DNA of 64,000 nucleotides from Truepera sp. (lineage in GTDB: Bacteria > Deinococcota > Deinococci > Deinococcales > Trueperaceae): contig CBDCKW010000009.1 in the NCBI GenBank assembly GCA_965218435.1, positions 224,001-288,000 of the forward strand. Direction: 5' to 3'. Each line of letters starts with the position of its first letter. Position 1 is the first letter of the stretch. This document shows, in pieces, positions 1 through 11,200 of this stretch. The position numbers were made by a program, and so were the translations under genes. Below the pieces are notes generated by a model, which was given only the letters and a program-made list of their open reading frames with translations, searched no databases and had not been told where the DNA came from.

Positions 1-1768
1 GCGCGAGTTTGACAATCGCTTCAACGAGGGCGAGCGCGTAGTGCGGCGCACGGCGCGGTGCGCTCAGGTCGCGGACAAACGAGCGGTCGAGCTTGATGGT
101 GTCAATCGGAAAGTCGCGTAAGTATGAGAGCGACGAGTAGCCGGTCCCGAAGTCGTCAATAGCGACGGTGATGTTTGAACGTTTGAGGTCGCGCAGGTTG
201 CGCCGGACGACCTCGGGGTTACGGAGCATGATGCTTTCGGTCAGCTCGAGCTCCAAATAACTGGGCTCCAAGCGCGAGCGTTTCAGCGCCTCCATGACCG
301 ACTCACCAAAGGTCGGTTGCGCGAACTGTAACGCCGACACATTGACGCTGACCCGCACCGCCGAACCTGCGAGTTCCCAGTGGCGCGCTCGCTGCGTGGC
401 TGTTTGCAGCACCCAGTTGCCGAGTGGGACGATGTAACCGCTGCTCTCAGCGAGTGGGATAAAGTCGGCCGGTGAAATCCAACCCCGTTCGGGGTGCTGC
501 CAGCGCAGCAGCGCCTCAGCTTTGACGAGCCGACCGCTGCGTAGGTCAAAAAGTGGTTGGTAAAAGAGCTGAAGTTCTCCGCGCGTCAGGGCCTGCCGGA
601 GGTCACGCTCCAAGGTTTTATGGGTTTCGCTCGCCGCATCTACAGTTTTGTGATAGCGTTTGACGCCGTTTTTACCTGAACGCTTCACGTGGTACATGGC
701 GCTGTCGGCGTGTCTAAGTAGTTCGGTAGGGTCGGCGGCGTCGTCGGGGGAGACGCTCACCCCGATACTCGCGCCGATGTGAAACACCTGCGCGTCGATA
801 AAAAACGGCTCATCAAGGGTTCGTTTAATCTTTTCGGCGACGCTGACCCCCTCACTGCTCGCTTTAAGACCGCGCAGCAAAACGACGAACTCGTCGCCAC
901 TGATACGCGCCAAAAGGTCGGTCTGCCGAGTTGAACGCCGTAGCCGCTCGGCAATTTGCATCAGCAGCAGGTCGCCCGCCTCGTGCCCCATCGTGTCGTT
1001 GACCAGTTTGAAGCCGTCGATGTCGATAAAAAGCAGCGCAAAAATCTTTTGCGGTTCTGTAGCGGTAGCCGCGTGCTTAAGTTGCTCCTCGAGCGCCAGA
1101 CGGTTGGGTAGTCCGGTTAAAAGGTCGGTATAGGCCAGCCGCTCCATCGTCTCGACGTGAGCCTGCGAACGGACAAAGCGGCCCATATAGCGGCTGAAAT
1201 AGTAGGTCAGCGCGTGAAAGGTAAGGTTTGCCAGTAGCAGCTGGGCGAGCGCCTGGACTTGTCCGTAGTTTTCTCCAGCCCATAAGTTCGTCGCGCTATA
1301 GACCAGCGCCAAACCGACCATCGCCGCGAGACACGATGAGGCGATCAGCCGTCCCGCCCTAAAGAGGGGCAAAAGCGAGGTGAGGACGTAGAGCGCCGGA
1401 AGCCACGGAAAGGTCTCGCTCAGCTCCCTAAAAAAATTTTCGCCGGGGGGTAAAAAGTAAAGAATATAGACGAGCTTACTTAAAAAGAACAGTGACGCCG
1501 CGCTCATCGTGCCTAAAAAAGCGCGTTCAAACGAGACCACGCGGAGCTGTAACAGTGCGGCGATGAGGAGCAGCGCGCCCGCAAAAACGGGGTACATCAG
1601 CGTGTCGTAAGGTGACGCTTGGGCTCCGAGTCGCTCGAGCGCCAGCCCCAGGAGGAGCGCCAGTGCCGGAACAGGCAGCGCGACTAAAAAGGCGCGCCGC
1701 CAATTTTGCTGCGGTGTCTGGCCTAACTCGGTAAGTCTTCTGATAAACGGTCTTAACATTCGGCTCAT
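1..1768 (-). CDS. Membrane-anchored GGDEF-EAL protein (diguanylate cyclase/phosphodiesterase), 3' end runs off the window
   Basis: Not in the ORF track. Manual translation from ATG 1768 (alternative 1759) gives several hydrophobic segments, then DLLTGLPNR, FIDIDGFKLVNDTMGHEAGD, RISGDEF, AEALLRWQHP and IDDFGTGYSSLSYL. Confidence 0.93.
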   Translation of the reverse strand, partial: MSRMLRPFIRRLTELGQTPQQNWRRAFLVALPVPALALLLGLALERLGAQASPYDTLMYPVFAGALLLIAALLQLRVVSFERAFLGTMSAASLFFLSKLVYILYFLPPGENFFRELSETFPWLPALYVLTSLLPLFRAGRLIASSCLAAMVGLALVYSATNLWAGENYGQVQALAQLLLANLTFHALTYYFSRYMGRFVRSQAHVETMERLAYTDLLTGLPNRLALEEQLKHAATATEPQKIFALLFIDIDGFKLVNDTMGHEAGDLLLMQIAERLRRSTRQTDLLARISGDEFVVLLRGLKASSEGVSVAEKIKRTLDEPFFIDAQVFHIGASIGVSVSPDDAADPTELLRHADSAMYHVKRSGKNGVKRYHKTVDAASETHKTLERDLRQALTRGELQLFYQPLFDLRSGRLVKAEALLRWQHPERGWISPADFIPLAESSGYIVPLGNWVLQTATQRARHWELAGSAVRVSVNVSALQFAQPTFGESVMEALKRSRLEPSYLELELTESIMLRNPEVVRRNLRDLKRSNITVAIDDFGTGYSSLSYLRDFPIDTIKLDRSFVRDLSAPRRAPHYALALVEAIVKLA

Positions 1769-2018
1769 CTAGCGAGGGTCGGAGGGATAAAAAACGTTGG
1801 GTTAGGGCGACCGGTAACCATGTGTACTCTAAGATACACATGAAGAGGCTCGTTTGGATTTGCAAAGCCCACATCGCGCAGCTTTGGTCGTCGTTCCGGC
1901 TGGTTCTACGCTGGTACTAGAGCGTTGGTACTAGACCGAAGGTGTAGCCCAAAACTCGCTCTGGGTCATAGCTCAAAAGCCTTAGTCACTCAGATTAGAA
2001 ACATGATAGGGTTATTAA

Positions 2019-2897
2019 GTGACTCTGCCTCTCAATGCCGCGACCGACCCCTCCTATCTGTCCGAGATCGCCGAAGCGAAGCTGTTAAGGCGTATCTGCG
2101 TTTCAAAACCCTACTACGCGCTCAGTAGTCCTGTACAAGTAGGCAACACGTTTTACGCCAGCGCCGCCGCCGACTTGCCCCTCGGAGCCGAAGTCGGGCC
2201 GATGGGCAGCGCCGAAGTCAGCCGTCACGCGGCGATCTCAGGATTGTGCGCCGCCGCTCTCGCCCAAAACGACGATGACCGGCGCTTTTACCTGGCGCAA
2301 CGCGCCGAGTATTGGGGCGTCCCGAACGGGGCACCTTACGGGTCGCCGGTGACCTTTGCCGCCACCTTGCAAACTCTGAGCAAACGCGGCGCACGCTCCC
2401 AAATCGTCGTTCAGGCGGAGGCCAAACCGCTGGCAAAACTCGTTGTTGATTACACGATCTTAACCGAATACGCGTTCGGCCGACTTTTTCGTACACACTA
2501 CCGACCGACCGAGCCACAAGCCGCGATGGACGTCTCTCTGCCCGGAGACGCCCAGAGCTCCGGTGACCGGTCGGTCTACGATGTGCCTGCGCTGCCGGAA
2601 ACGGTTTGTGCGGGTCACTTCGCGGATTATCCGGCGTTGCCGGTGGCGCTCCTGATGGGTCAACTAGGGGCGGTCGCGTGGCGACTGTTGGACTCGGCGC
2701 GGTGGCGCGGTGTCCGGGCAAGCGTCAACGCGACCGACCTCTGCTGGGCCGGAGAACGGGTTCGTTTTGAGGCGACCCGCGCCGTTTCTCCTGCTGCAAA
2801 TCCTGCAGCAGGAGAAACGCAGCATACGTTTAGCTGCCGCGTCAGCGCCGAAGACCGGCTCGTCTGCACCGCCGAGCTAGGGCTCGAGGCTCACTAA
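2019..2897 (+). CDS. Tandem hotdog-fold protein (FabZ/FabA-like dehydratase or AfsA-like)
   Basis: C-terminal CAGHFADYPALPVALLM resembles the FabZ GHFPxxPxxPG motif; N-terminal half has a similar helix-plus-strands pattern. Confidence 0.6.
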   Translation: MTLPLNAATDPSYLSEIAEAKLLRRICVSKPYYALSSPVQVGNTFYASAAADLPLGAEVGPMGSAEVSRHAAISGLCAAALAQNDDDRRFYLAQRAEYWGVPNGAPYGSPVTFAATLQTLSKRGARSQIVVQAEAKPLAKLVVDYTILTEYAFGRLFRTHYRPTEPQAAMDVSLPGDAQSSGDRSVYDVPALPETVCAGHFADYPALPVALLMGQLGAVAWRLLDSARWRGVRASVNATDLCWAGERVRFEATRAVSPAANPAAGETQHTFSCRVSAEDRLVCTAELGLEAH

Positions 2898-3086
2898 CCC
2901 AATAACTAAAGCTTCGCTGCCAGGCTGTATCAGCTGTTGTCATCGCGCTTATGTGTATAAGATTTTATGTGCGTAAGAGCGCCAGCCTCCCAGAGCCTGA
3001 CAACTGCTAAATAGCGTGTTTTGTAGCTCGACTTCTTTTATGTAGCACACTCTAAACGCCGCCAACTAAGTTCAGAATGACCCTAC

Positions 3087-3401
3087 CTGGTTCGTACATC
3101 CAAATCCGGCGCAACCGGGTATACCTTTGTAGAGCTGCTCACTTAGGCATCTACGATGTTCCGGTAGCTCTGGGACGCGCATCCATCCCCCCGGCGGGTG
3201 CGCGTTTTTTCATGCCGCTAAGCAGCTATCATGCCTGGCAGGGCCGATACCGACACCTGTTCTGCGACATTTACAAGGTAAAAAACCCTCTACGCTGTGA
3301 GAGTCCGAACCTATCCAGGTTGGTGTAGCCGACGTGAATAGAGTTACCTCGAGCCGTTCTATCTTCAATTTTCAGACGGGTACCGCTATGCTACGAACCA
3401 G
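3087..3401. ncRNA. Candidate structured non-coding RNA with nested stems
   Basis: Closing stem CTGGTTCGTA (3087-3096) / TACGAACCAG (3392-3401) with several internal stems; matches no family I recognise. Confidence 0.35.
3175..3210 (+). terminator. Intrinsic-terminator-like hairpin
   Basis: ACGCGCATCC-N11-GGGTGCGCGT followed by a T tract. Confidence 0.55.
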
Positions 3402-3632
3402 CGCCACTCGTTGCTGCACCCTTCGCAACCTCACAAACGTCTACAGACAAAGCGCCGGTTTGGGCCGTAAAACGCTTTTGTTTTTTGGCCGTTTCGTGTC
3501 GTATACTCGCCGTAGTGCTCGCGCAAAGGATGAAGTTCTCTTTACAAAACCCTGGGGTAGCGTCAGGTGCTCCCTTGCTAGGATGCGCCCTATGATGTGC
3601 GTCACCCTCTCATGTTGGTTTTTAGGTGCTCA

Positions 3633-4007
3633 ATGAACGCACTTTTACTTTGCTTTATGCTCGCCCAGACTTTGACCGGTGCGCACGAGCTGGCTCCCGG
3701 TACGGTTGTTACGCTGGCTGCTTCTCCCAATCTCGTACCGGTTTACGGCTCTGCAAAACTAGAACAGCACAAACTTGTTTTTAATGTGTCACTCGAGCCC
3801 GAAACTGAAGTCAGGGTGCTGATTATTCCGCCGGGTGGCGAATCGGTCGCGAGCGGAGCCCCTTACGGCCGTATCGGACCTACCGGCGACGACATCTTCG
3901 TACAGTTTGAGGGCGCTGCTCAAGCGGTTTCTTTACGCAAATGGCTCGCTGACGAGTACGGCGTTGACCTGATCTTCCCGTCGCCCGGGAATTCGTCCGG
4001 AAATTGA
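3633..4007 (+). CDS. Hypothetical protein, possibly exported, upstream of the two-component system
   Basis: ATG after AGGTG; short hydrophobic N-terminus; ends 12 bp before the response regulator. Confidence 0.65.
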   Translation: MNALLLCFMLAQTLTGAHELAPGTVVTLAASPNLVPVYGSAKLEQHKLVFNVSLEPETEVRVLIIPPGGESVASGAPYGRIGPTGDDIFVQFEGAAQAVSLRKWLADEYGVDLIFPSPGNSSGN

Positions 4008-4019
4008 GGAAGCTATGAC

Positions 4020-4730
4020 ATGCCGATAGATACAAACGCCCCCAAAGCCGCGCCGAACGCGCTACGCGAAAAGCATATCTTGATCGTTGAAGACGACCAA
4101 GACATCAGCCGTCTGCTAAGTCTCGAGCTCTCCGAAGCAGGGTTTCGGGTCACAGCTTGTGACACCGGGATGCGCGGCCTCGCCGCCGCCCGTGAAGAAG
4201 AGCCCGACCTGATCGTGCTTGATTTAGGGTTGCCCGATATCAGCGGCGCTGAAATCGCCAGACGCGTCCGTAAAACGAGCACGACGCCGATCGTGATCTT
4301 AACCGCCGCCGACGACGTGACGACCAAGGTTGACATGCTGAACGCCGGGGCGGACGACTACCTCGCCAAACCCTTTCACGCCGAGGAGCTGCTCGCGCGT
4401 ATCCGGGTGCAGCTTAGACATCAAAACGCCGGAGCAGCGCAGAGCGTCGGGGACCTCCTGCTCGACACGCACCGCCGTCAGCTCTACTGGGACGAACAAG
4501 AGGTGCGCCTCTCACCCCGCGAATTTGACCTGATCGTCTACCTTTGCGGCGCACCCGGACGCGTGTACACGCGCCAAGAGATCGAGCAAAATGTCTGGGG
4601 TGAAGAGCTGCCGCCGTCGTCTAATGTGGTTGACGTCCATATCGCCAACATTCGCGCCAAGCTTCGTGAGGTAGGGGGTTACGGTCTGATTCGGACGGTA
4701 CGCGGAATCGGCTACGCGATTAAGAGCTGA
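4020..4730 (+). CDS. OmpR/PhoB-family response regulator
   Basis: Receiver domain (VEDD, LDLGLPD, GADDYLAKPF) plus winged helix (VVDVHIANIRAKL, RTVRGIGY). Confidence 0.97.
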   Translation: MPIDTNAPKAAPNALREKHILIVEDDQDISRLLSLELSEAGFRVTACDTGMRGLAAAREEEPDLIVLDLGLPDISGAEIARRVRKTSTTPIVILTAADDVTTKVDMLNAGADDYLAKPFHAEELLARIRVQLRHQNAGAAQSVGDLLLDTHRRQLYWDEQEVRLSPREFDLIVYLCGAPGRVYTRQEIEQNVWGEELPPSSNVVDVHIANIRAKLREVGGYGLIRTVRGIGYAIKS

Positions 4731-4890
4731 CGCCTCGTCACTAAAACCCTAGCCTTAGCTTCCGGTAGCGTAGCGGGCCGGTCCTACTTTGCGCTGAGCT
4801 AGCTCACGCCTACAGCTCAGCTTGACTTAACTTTGGGGACGGTCGGTTGTTATTAAGCTGAACTTAAGTCTTCTGTGGCACGCTCCTTTT

Positions 4891-6237
4891 ATGATCAACA
4901 GGCGCGGGATTGCGCTGCGGTGGCGGATTGCGATCTTTAGCAGCTTGGCAATTGCCTTTCTCAGTTTGCTGGCGTCGGTAGCGGCTTACGTGGTGGTGCG
5001 CTCGAGCCTCATGGGTGACCTACAGCGAGCACTCAAGGTTGACGTCGCCCGGGTTGCCGCTGCCTACACAACCCCGACCGGTTCTCAAGCCGCGCAGCTT
5101 GGGGCAGGTGACCTGCAAAGCGTCGCCACCGGGGGCGTGATCATTCAGCTCTATACCGGTGCCGGGGAGCGTTTAGCCGCCTCGAACGACGCGACAGCGC
5201 CCCGGTCACCATCTCTACCGGCTAGTGTTGTGACCGCCGCTCTGACCGAACCGCAGTCGTGGCGAGGAGAGTTGGGTGGCAGCCCGATGCAGGCGGCGTT
5301 AGCGCCTGCGAGTCTCGGGGTCGTGGCGGTGTTAGCGCCCACGAGTTATATCGGGGCGGCGCTCGCCCAACTCGCCCGCGTGTTGGCGCTGGCTGCGCTT
5401 TTACTCGTGGTTCTGAGTGTTGCGCTCGGTTACCTTGTCGCGGCGGCGGCGGCGCGTCCGGTCACGCAGCTTGCTAGAGCCGCCGCGCAACTCGACCCGG
5501 GGCAGTTGCAGCCGATCAGCTACACCGGCCCCGACGATGAGGTGGGTAAACTGAGCACCGTGCTCAACGACCTGATCGAACGCCTTAAGCTCTCAGCCGA
5601 GGCGCAGCGCACCTTTTTGGCTGAAACCAGCCACGAACTTCGGACGCCGCTGACCAGCTTGCAAGGCTTTTTAGACCGTTCGGTGCGGCGCTCACCACCT
5701 TCAATGCGGGATGAACTCGAGGACGCCCAGCGCATCGCCCGCGCCATGTCGCGGCTCGTGACCGACTTGTTGCAACTGACCCGGGGTCAGCTCGTCCGCG
5801 ACTACACGCCGCACCTGTTAGACCCCGCGACCGACATCCTCAAACCCGTCGCCGAAGAGTTTCCGGGGGTCAGGCTCGAGGCCCAGGCCGGTCACCTGCT
5901 CCTCGGTGATCCCGACCGCTTGAAACAGCTCGTCCGTAACCTCACCGCCAACGCGGTGCGCGCGACCGACAACCCGCGTAAGGTCACCTTGGGCCTCTTC
6001 ACTACAGGTGAGCACGTGGTTTTGCTGGTGCGCGACCGTGGTCCCGGTATCCCTGAAGAACTGTTACCCCACATCTTTGAAAAGTTTCACAAAGGTGTGG
6101 GCGGCGGCGCGGGCCTGGGCCTAGCGATTGCCAAACAGATTGCCGACGCACACGGCGGGACGCTCTCGGTGGAAAGCTTTAAGGGGCGCGGGACGACGTT
6201 TCGGGTCTCACTGCCGACTGTTGAAGAGGACGAATAG
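4891..6237 (+). CDS. Sensor histidine kinase (2 TM, HAMP, HisKA, HATPase)
   Basis: SHELRTPLT H-box, NLTANA N-box, DRGPGI, GAGLGLAIAK. Confidence 0.96.
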   Translation: MINRRGIALRWRIAIFSSLAIAFLSLLASVAAYVVVRSSLMGDLQRALKVDVARVAAAYTTPTGSQAAQLGAGDLQSVATGGVIIQLYTGAGERLAASNDATAPRSPSLPASVVTAALTEPQSWRGELGGSPMQAALAPASLGVVAVLAPTSYIGAALAQLARVLALAALLLVVLSVALGYLVAAAAARPVTQLARAAAQLDPGQLQPISYTGPDDEVGKLSTVLNDLIERLKLSAEAQRTFLAETSHELRTPLTSLQGFLDRSVRRSPPSMRDELEDAQRIARAMSRLVTDLLQLTRGQLVRDYTPHLLDPATDILKPVAEEFPGVRLEAQAGHLLLGDPDRLKQLVRNLTANAVRATDNPRKVTLGLFTTGEHVVLLVRDRGPGIPEELLPHIFEKFHKGVGGGAGLGLAIAKQIADAHGGTLSVESFKGRGTTFRVSLPTVEEDE

Positions 6238-6649
6238 GTTTTACGGATGTTCTGTCAGCCAAGGGCGTTTGCGGCGTGCTAGGTGAAGTCGGCTTACAAA
6301 GTGAAATCAAAATACAAGATTAGGAAGTCAGTAGCACGCAAAAAAGGCGTCTCTCACGTACTTAGAGCATGTTATAGACCTTGGTTCCTTCAAGCTGTTT
6401 GGTCAACACTCAGAAAATCCGTTCCGGTCGGGCTTTTTGCACTTTCAGCAGCATCTTTTTTGGGTGTGCTTGGAGCTTACAGGTAGACTCGAACCCGAAG
6501 CGTCTGAACAGTTCAACTGCTGTATGGGATGTACGCTCAGCGGCCACAACCGCAGCCACAGTAGTAGCCACAATCGTCTCAGAGTTTATAACAGGCTCTC
6601 AGTAAGTTGGCTTCGTGTTTGGCACAGCTGGAGATATATACACCTCAGT

Positions 6650-7537
6650 CTAAGGTGCGGGCGGGGTCGGCTCGAGCCCGCCCTCTTTTTCCCCCATCCT
6701 GAGTTCACTGAATAGCATCGCCGCGCCGACCAGCCCAGCGCCGACCCAGCCCCACACGCCTAGTGACTCACCGAGGAGCAAGTAGGCGAACAGCGCGGCA
6801 AAAACGGGCTCGAGGACAAAAATCAGCGCCGCAACAGGCGCGCTCACCACGCGCTGCGCCCGTACCTGTAACACGGACACCAGCGCCGTTGCAACAGCGC
6901 CCAAGTAAACGATAGACCAGACTGAACCCACGCTCAAACTGCCTAGTTTGCCCAACTGCGGCAGCGCCCATACCCACGCCAAGAGCGCCATCGGCCAGAA
7001 CTGCACGGCGGAGAGCTCGAGCGCCCCATACTTAGGTGCCACCTCACCCAAGTAGATGATGTAAAACGCGTAAAAAACCGCGGTTCCCAAAATCCACGGA
7101 TCGCCCGCCGTAATCCCCTGTGCGCCGGTCAAGCTCATCAGGCCGAGACCCACGAGGGCGACAGCGGCTGCCAGATACGCCCGCGCCGGGACACCGTGAC
7201 GAAACCCCCTATAACGGAAATACAGTGCGCTAAAGAGCGGCGTCAAAATCACGCTGAGGCCGGTGATAAAGGCGGCTTTTGAGGCGGTCGTGCTCGCGAG
7301 TCCGACGGTTTGGGTGGCAAAGCCTAAAAACGATAATACGCCTAATATCAGTCCCGGTACGAGAGCTTTTCGGCTCGGCCTGACCCAGGCCAGCAGCAAC
7401 GCAGCAACCGAAAAACGTAGGGCTAACAGCAGAGACGGCGGGACGCTCTTGACAGTTTCTTTGACGATCACAAACGTCGTTCCCCAGACGAGGGTGATCA
7501 GGACAAGTATGAGGACACCGAGGCGGCGAGAGAGCAT
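6650..7537 (-). CDS. EamA/DMT-family transporter
   Basis: WGTTFVIVK, about 10 TM segments, LEPVFAALFAYLLLGE; start placed at ATG 7537. Confidence 0.93.
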   Translation of the reverse strand: MLSRRLGVLILVLITLVWGTTFVIVKETVKSVPPSLLLALRFSVAALLLAWVRPSRKALVPGLILGVLSFLGFATQTVGLASTTASKAAFITGLSVILTPLFSALYFRYRGFRHGVPARAYLAAAVALVGLGLMSLTGAQGITAGDPWILGTAVFYAFYIIYLGEVAPKYGALELSAVQFWPMALLAWVWALPQLGKLGSLSVGSVWSIVYLGAVATALVSVLQVRAQRVVSAPVAALIFVLEPVFAALFAYLLLGESLGVWGWVGAGLVGAAMLFSELRMGEKEGGLEPTPPAP

Positions 7538-7728
7538 AAAGGTAATTCTGGCACAAGCTGTATATGGCGGGCTCGAGTGCAAGTCTCTGCTGGAAAACCC
7601 GCGTGCAAAAGTTTGCTAAGCCAAACGTCGTTCTAAATGTACGCTTTACCATGCTTAGATCAGCGTCACAAGCAAAATACTAAATTCAATCGAGGAACCT
7701 GCCGAAATCTAGGCTCTACAATAAGATC

Positions 7729-8208
7729 ATGAGCGTTTTAGACGGTTTACGGATTGGTTTTGGGGAAGACGCACACGCGCTGGTACCGGACAGACGGCTG
7801 GTACTCGGCGGCGTTGACGTGCCGAGTTTGCGCGGCGCGGCGGCGCACAGTGATGGGGACGCACTGCTGCACGCGCTGGCCGACGCGCTCTTATCGAGCC
7901 TCGCTCTAGGTGATATCGGGGTGTACTATCCGCCCTCAGCCCCAGCTTTTAAGGATATGGACAGCCGCGAAATCGTCACGCGCTGCCTCGGGACGCTCCA
8001 CTCGCGCGGAGCTGAACTGATCAATGTGGCGCTCGTCGTCACGCTCGACAGCCCCAAACTCGGGCCTTACCGCGCCGACATCGCCGGTAGCGTAGCCAAA
8101 CTGCTCAAACTACCGCCGGAATGTATCGGCCTCGGCTTTAAGACGAGCGAAGGGCTCGCGCCCAACCACGTGCAGGCGCGGGCGACGGTGCTCGTCCGAG
8201 TACGTTAA
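7729..8208 (+). CDS. ispF: 2-C-methyl-D-erythritol 2,4-cyclodiphosphate synthase
   Basis: [29 protein letters not shown]. Confidence 0.96.
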   Translation: MSVLDGLRIGFGEDAHALVPDRRLVLGGVDVPSLRGAAAHSDGDALLHALADALLSSLALGDIGVYYPPSAPAFKDMDSREIVTRCLGTLHSRGAELINVALVVTLDSPKLGPYRADIAGSVAKLLKLPPECIGLGFKTSEGLAPNHVQARATVLVRVR

Positions 8209-11200
8209 CGCCGCGTTTGCGCTAAACCCGGCACAGTCAAGTCTTGCAGCGCGTGAACGGTTAAAGGCCGCTCTTTAAGGGCGCGCAGAGCTTTGACGAG
8301 CCAGCGGGCCGCGTCGGTTGTTGTGACGTAGGGGAGACCAGCCTCGAGCGCCCTTCTGAGTTCCGGCGTGTGCAGGGTGTCAATCAGCAAATCATACTCG
8401 GGTTCTTCAGACGTTGATTCAGTTGTGACGGTAAACTCGAGCGTCCTCAATTCAGCTTTTACCTCGTCTAAACCGTCACCTAGAACGAGCGCCTTACCTG
8501 AGCTTGGCAGCTTGACGTTCGCACCCAGCAAGGCTTTGGCATACGCCATGTACGGGTCCGGGTCAATGCCCATACTCTCACCCGTCGAGCGCATCTCCGG
8601 GCCTAATACCGGCAAGACGTTCTTAAACTTGAGAAACGGCAGCACGACCTCTTTGGCGCTGTAAAACGCAGGCTGCGGCGTTTCGGTAAAGCCCAACTCA
8701 GTTAAGGATTTTCCGGCAGCAATGAGCGCGGCGTATTTGGCCAAAGGGTGCCCGATGGCTTTAGACAAGTACGGCACAGTGCGGCTGGCCCTGGGGTTGG
8801 CCTCAATGACGAGCACTTCACCGTCTTTGATGACGTACTGAATGTTGATAAGCCCGCGCACGCCGATGGCTTGGGCTAACTTGACGCTGTAGTCGTGCAA
8901 CGTCTGCATGACTTTTTCACTCAGATTGACGGGCGGGGTAATACACGCCGAGTCGCCCGAATGCACGCCTGCACCTTCGATATGCTCCATCACGCCTGCG
9001 ACGACAACCCGTTCCCCATCAGCCAGTGCGTCCACGTCAACCTCTTGCGCCCCGGCGATAAAATCGTCTACCAAGATAGACGGATTTCCCGGTAGCTCAG
9101 CGTAAACCTCATTCAGATAATGCCCCAACTCCGTCTCACTGTTAACAACCTGCATGGCCCGCCCACCGAGTACAAACGACGGCCTGACCATCACCGGATA
9201 ACCTAGGTCGGCGGCGAGTTTCGCGGCGTCCTCGGGCCTCGCTACGACGCCCCCGGCGGGTTGCGGAATGTCTAAACGTTTGCAAAGTTCGTGAAACGAA
9301 CTGCGGTCTTCGGCCTCGAAGATGGCTTGCGCGGGTGTCCCCCAAATCGGCACGCCAGCGTCAGTTAAAGGTTGCGCGAGTTTGAGCGGTGTCTGACCGC
9401 CGAGTTGGACGATGACGCCCACCGGGTTCTCCCGATCAACGATGTTGAGGACGTCCTCAAGCGTCAGCGGTTCAAAATAGAGCCGGTCGGCGGTGTCGTA
9501 GTCCGTTGACACCGTTTCCGGGTTCGAGTTGACCATGATGGTCTCATACCCGGCGGCTTTAAGCGCCCAGACCGCGTGAACGGTAGCGTAGTCGAACTCG
9601 ACGCCCTGCCCGATACGGTTCGGGCCGGAACCTAAAATCACGACTTTGGGCCGGTCCGAGTCCTCAACTTCGTCTTCCCACTCATACGTCGAGTAGTGGT
9701 ACGGCGTGTACGCCTCAAATTCAGCGGCGCAGGTGTCTACGGTTTTGTAGACCGGGGCGCTGTGATGCTCTAACCGCCACTTTCTTACGTCTCCAACCGC
9801 CGCACCCGTCAACGTCGCCAAATCCGCGTCACTAAACCCAAACCGCTTGACCTCACGCCAGGTTTCCCAGTTCCACGCTTTAGGATTGCCGAGCGCCGTA
9901 ATCTCCTGCTCGACTTCGGTAATCTCTTTAAGCTGAGAGAGAAACCACGGATCAATCGCGGTTTTGTCGTGTAAGAACCTCACGCTTTTACCGCGCCGTA
10001 AAAGTTCTAACAAGGCCGGGAGACGTTTGGGGGTCGCGGTGAGGCGGGCCTCGAGTTCAGCCAGCCCCAACTTGCCCGTTTCGGTGCGGACATCGGACTC
10101 CAACGACCGGAGCGCCTTTTGCAGCGACTCCTTAAAGGTGCGGCCAATCGCCATGACTTCCCCAACCGAGCGCATCTGTGTGCCTAGCAGGTCGGTAGTG
10201 CCGGGAAACTTTTCAAAGGCAAAACGCGGAATCTTGGTTACGACGTAATCAATCGAAGGCTCAAACGCCGCCTTGGTCTCCTGGGTGATGTCGTTCGGCA
10301 ACTCGTCTAGGTGATAACCAACTGCCAGCAACGCTGCAATCTTTGCTATTGGATAGCCTGTTGCTTTAGATGCCAGCGCCGACGAGCGTGATACCCGTGG
10401 GTTCATCTCGATGACAATCACATCGCCGTCTTTGGGGTTGACTGCAAACTGAATGTTCGAGCCGCCCGTGTCTACGCCGATTTCGCGGATGATCGCAATC
10501 GAATAGTCGCGGAGCCGCTGATACTCTTTGTCCGACAGGGTTTGCGCCGGGGCTACGGTGATGGAGTCGCCGGTATGAACACCCATCGGGTCGAGGTTTT
10601 CAATCGAGCAGATGATGACGACCGTATCGTTATGGTCGCGCATGACCTCGAGCTCGTACTCTTTCCAGCCCAACACCGACTGCTCGACCAACACCGAATG
10701 CACCGGCGAGTCGTGCAGTCCTTGCTTGACGATCTCCCGAAACTCGGCCTCGTCGTAAGCGACGCCGCCACCCGTGCCGCCGAGCGTAAACGAGGGCCGG
10801 ATGATGGCCGGATAGCCGATGGTCTCAGTAAATGCTAAAGCTTCGCTGAGTGACGTGACCATCTTCCCGGCAGGTGTTTTGATGCCAATTTTGGCCATCG
10901 CTGCTTGAAACAGTTGCCGGTCTTCACCTTTATTGATGGCGTCGTAATTCGCACCGATGAGTTCAACGCCGTATTTTTCTAATGTGCCGGTTTCAAACAG
11001 GGTTTTAGCTAAATTCAGCGCCGTTTGTCCGCCCAAAGTCGGTAACAGGGCGTCGGGCCGCTCGGCAGCGATCACTTTTTCGGCAACTTCGGGGGTGAGG
11101 GGCTCGAGGTACGTTCTATCGGCTACCTCCGGGTCGGTCATGATCGTCGCCGGGTTTGAGTTGATCAGCGTCACCGTAAACCCGGCGGCGCGGAGGGCTT

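Noticed and set aside
3221..3270. AGCAGCTATCATGCCTGG as a fourth copy of the dispersed repeat
   Set aside because: Requires a gap and lacks the downstream CCAG block at the 31-nt spacing
6470..6500. GGGTTCGAGTC on the - strand, resembling a tRNA T-loop
   Set aside because: No T-stem pairing and no cloverleaf
6283..6715. Short + strand ORFs and 12-bp-spaced GCCACA repeats between the kinase and DMT genes
   Set aside because: No recognisable motifs or start signals; likely degenerate intergenic DNA
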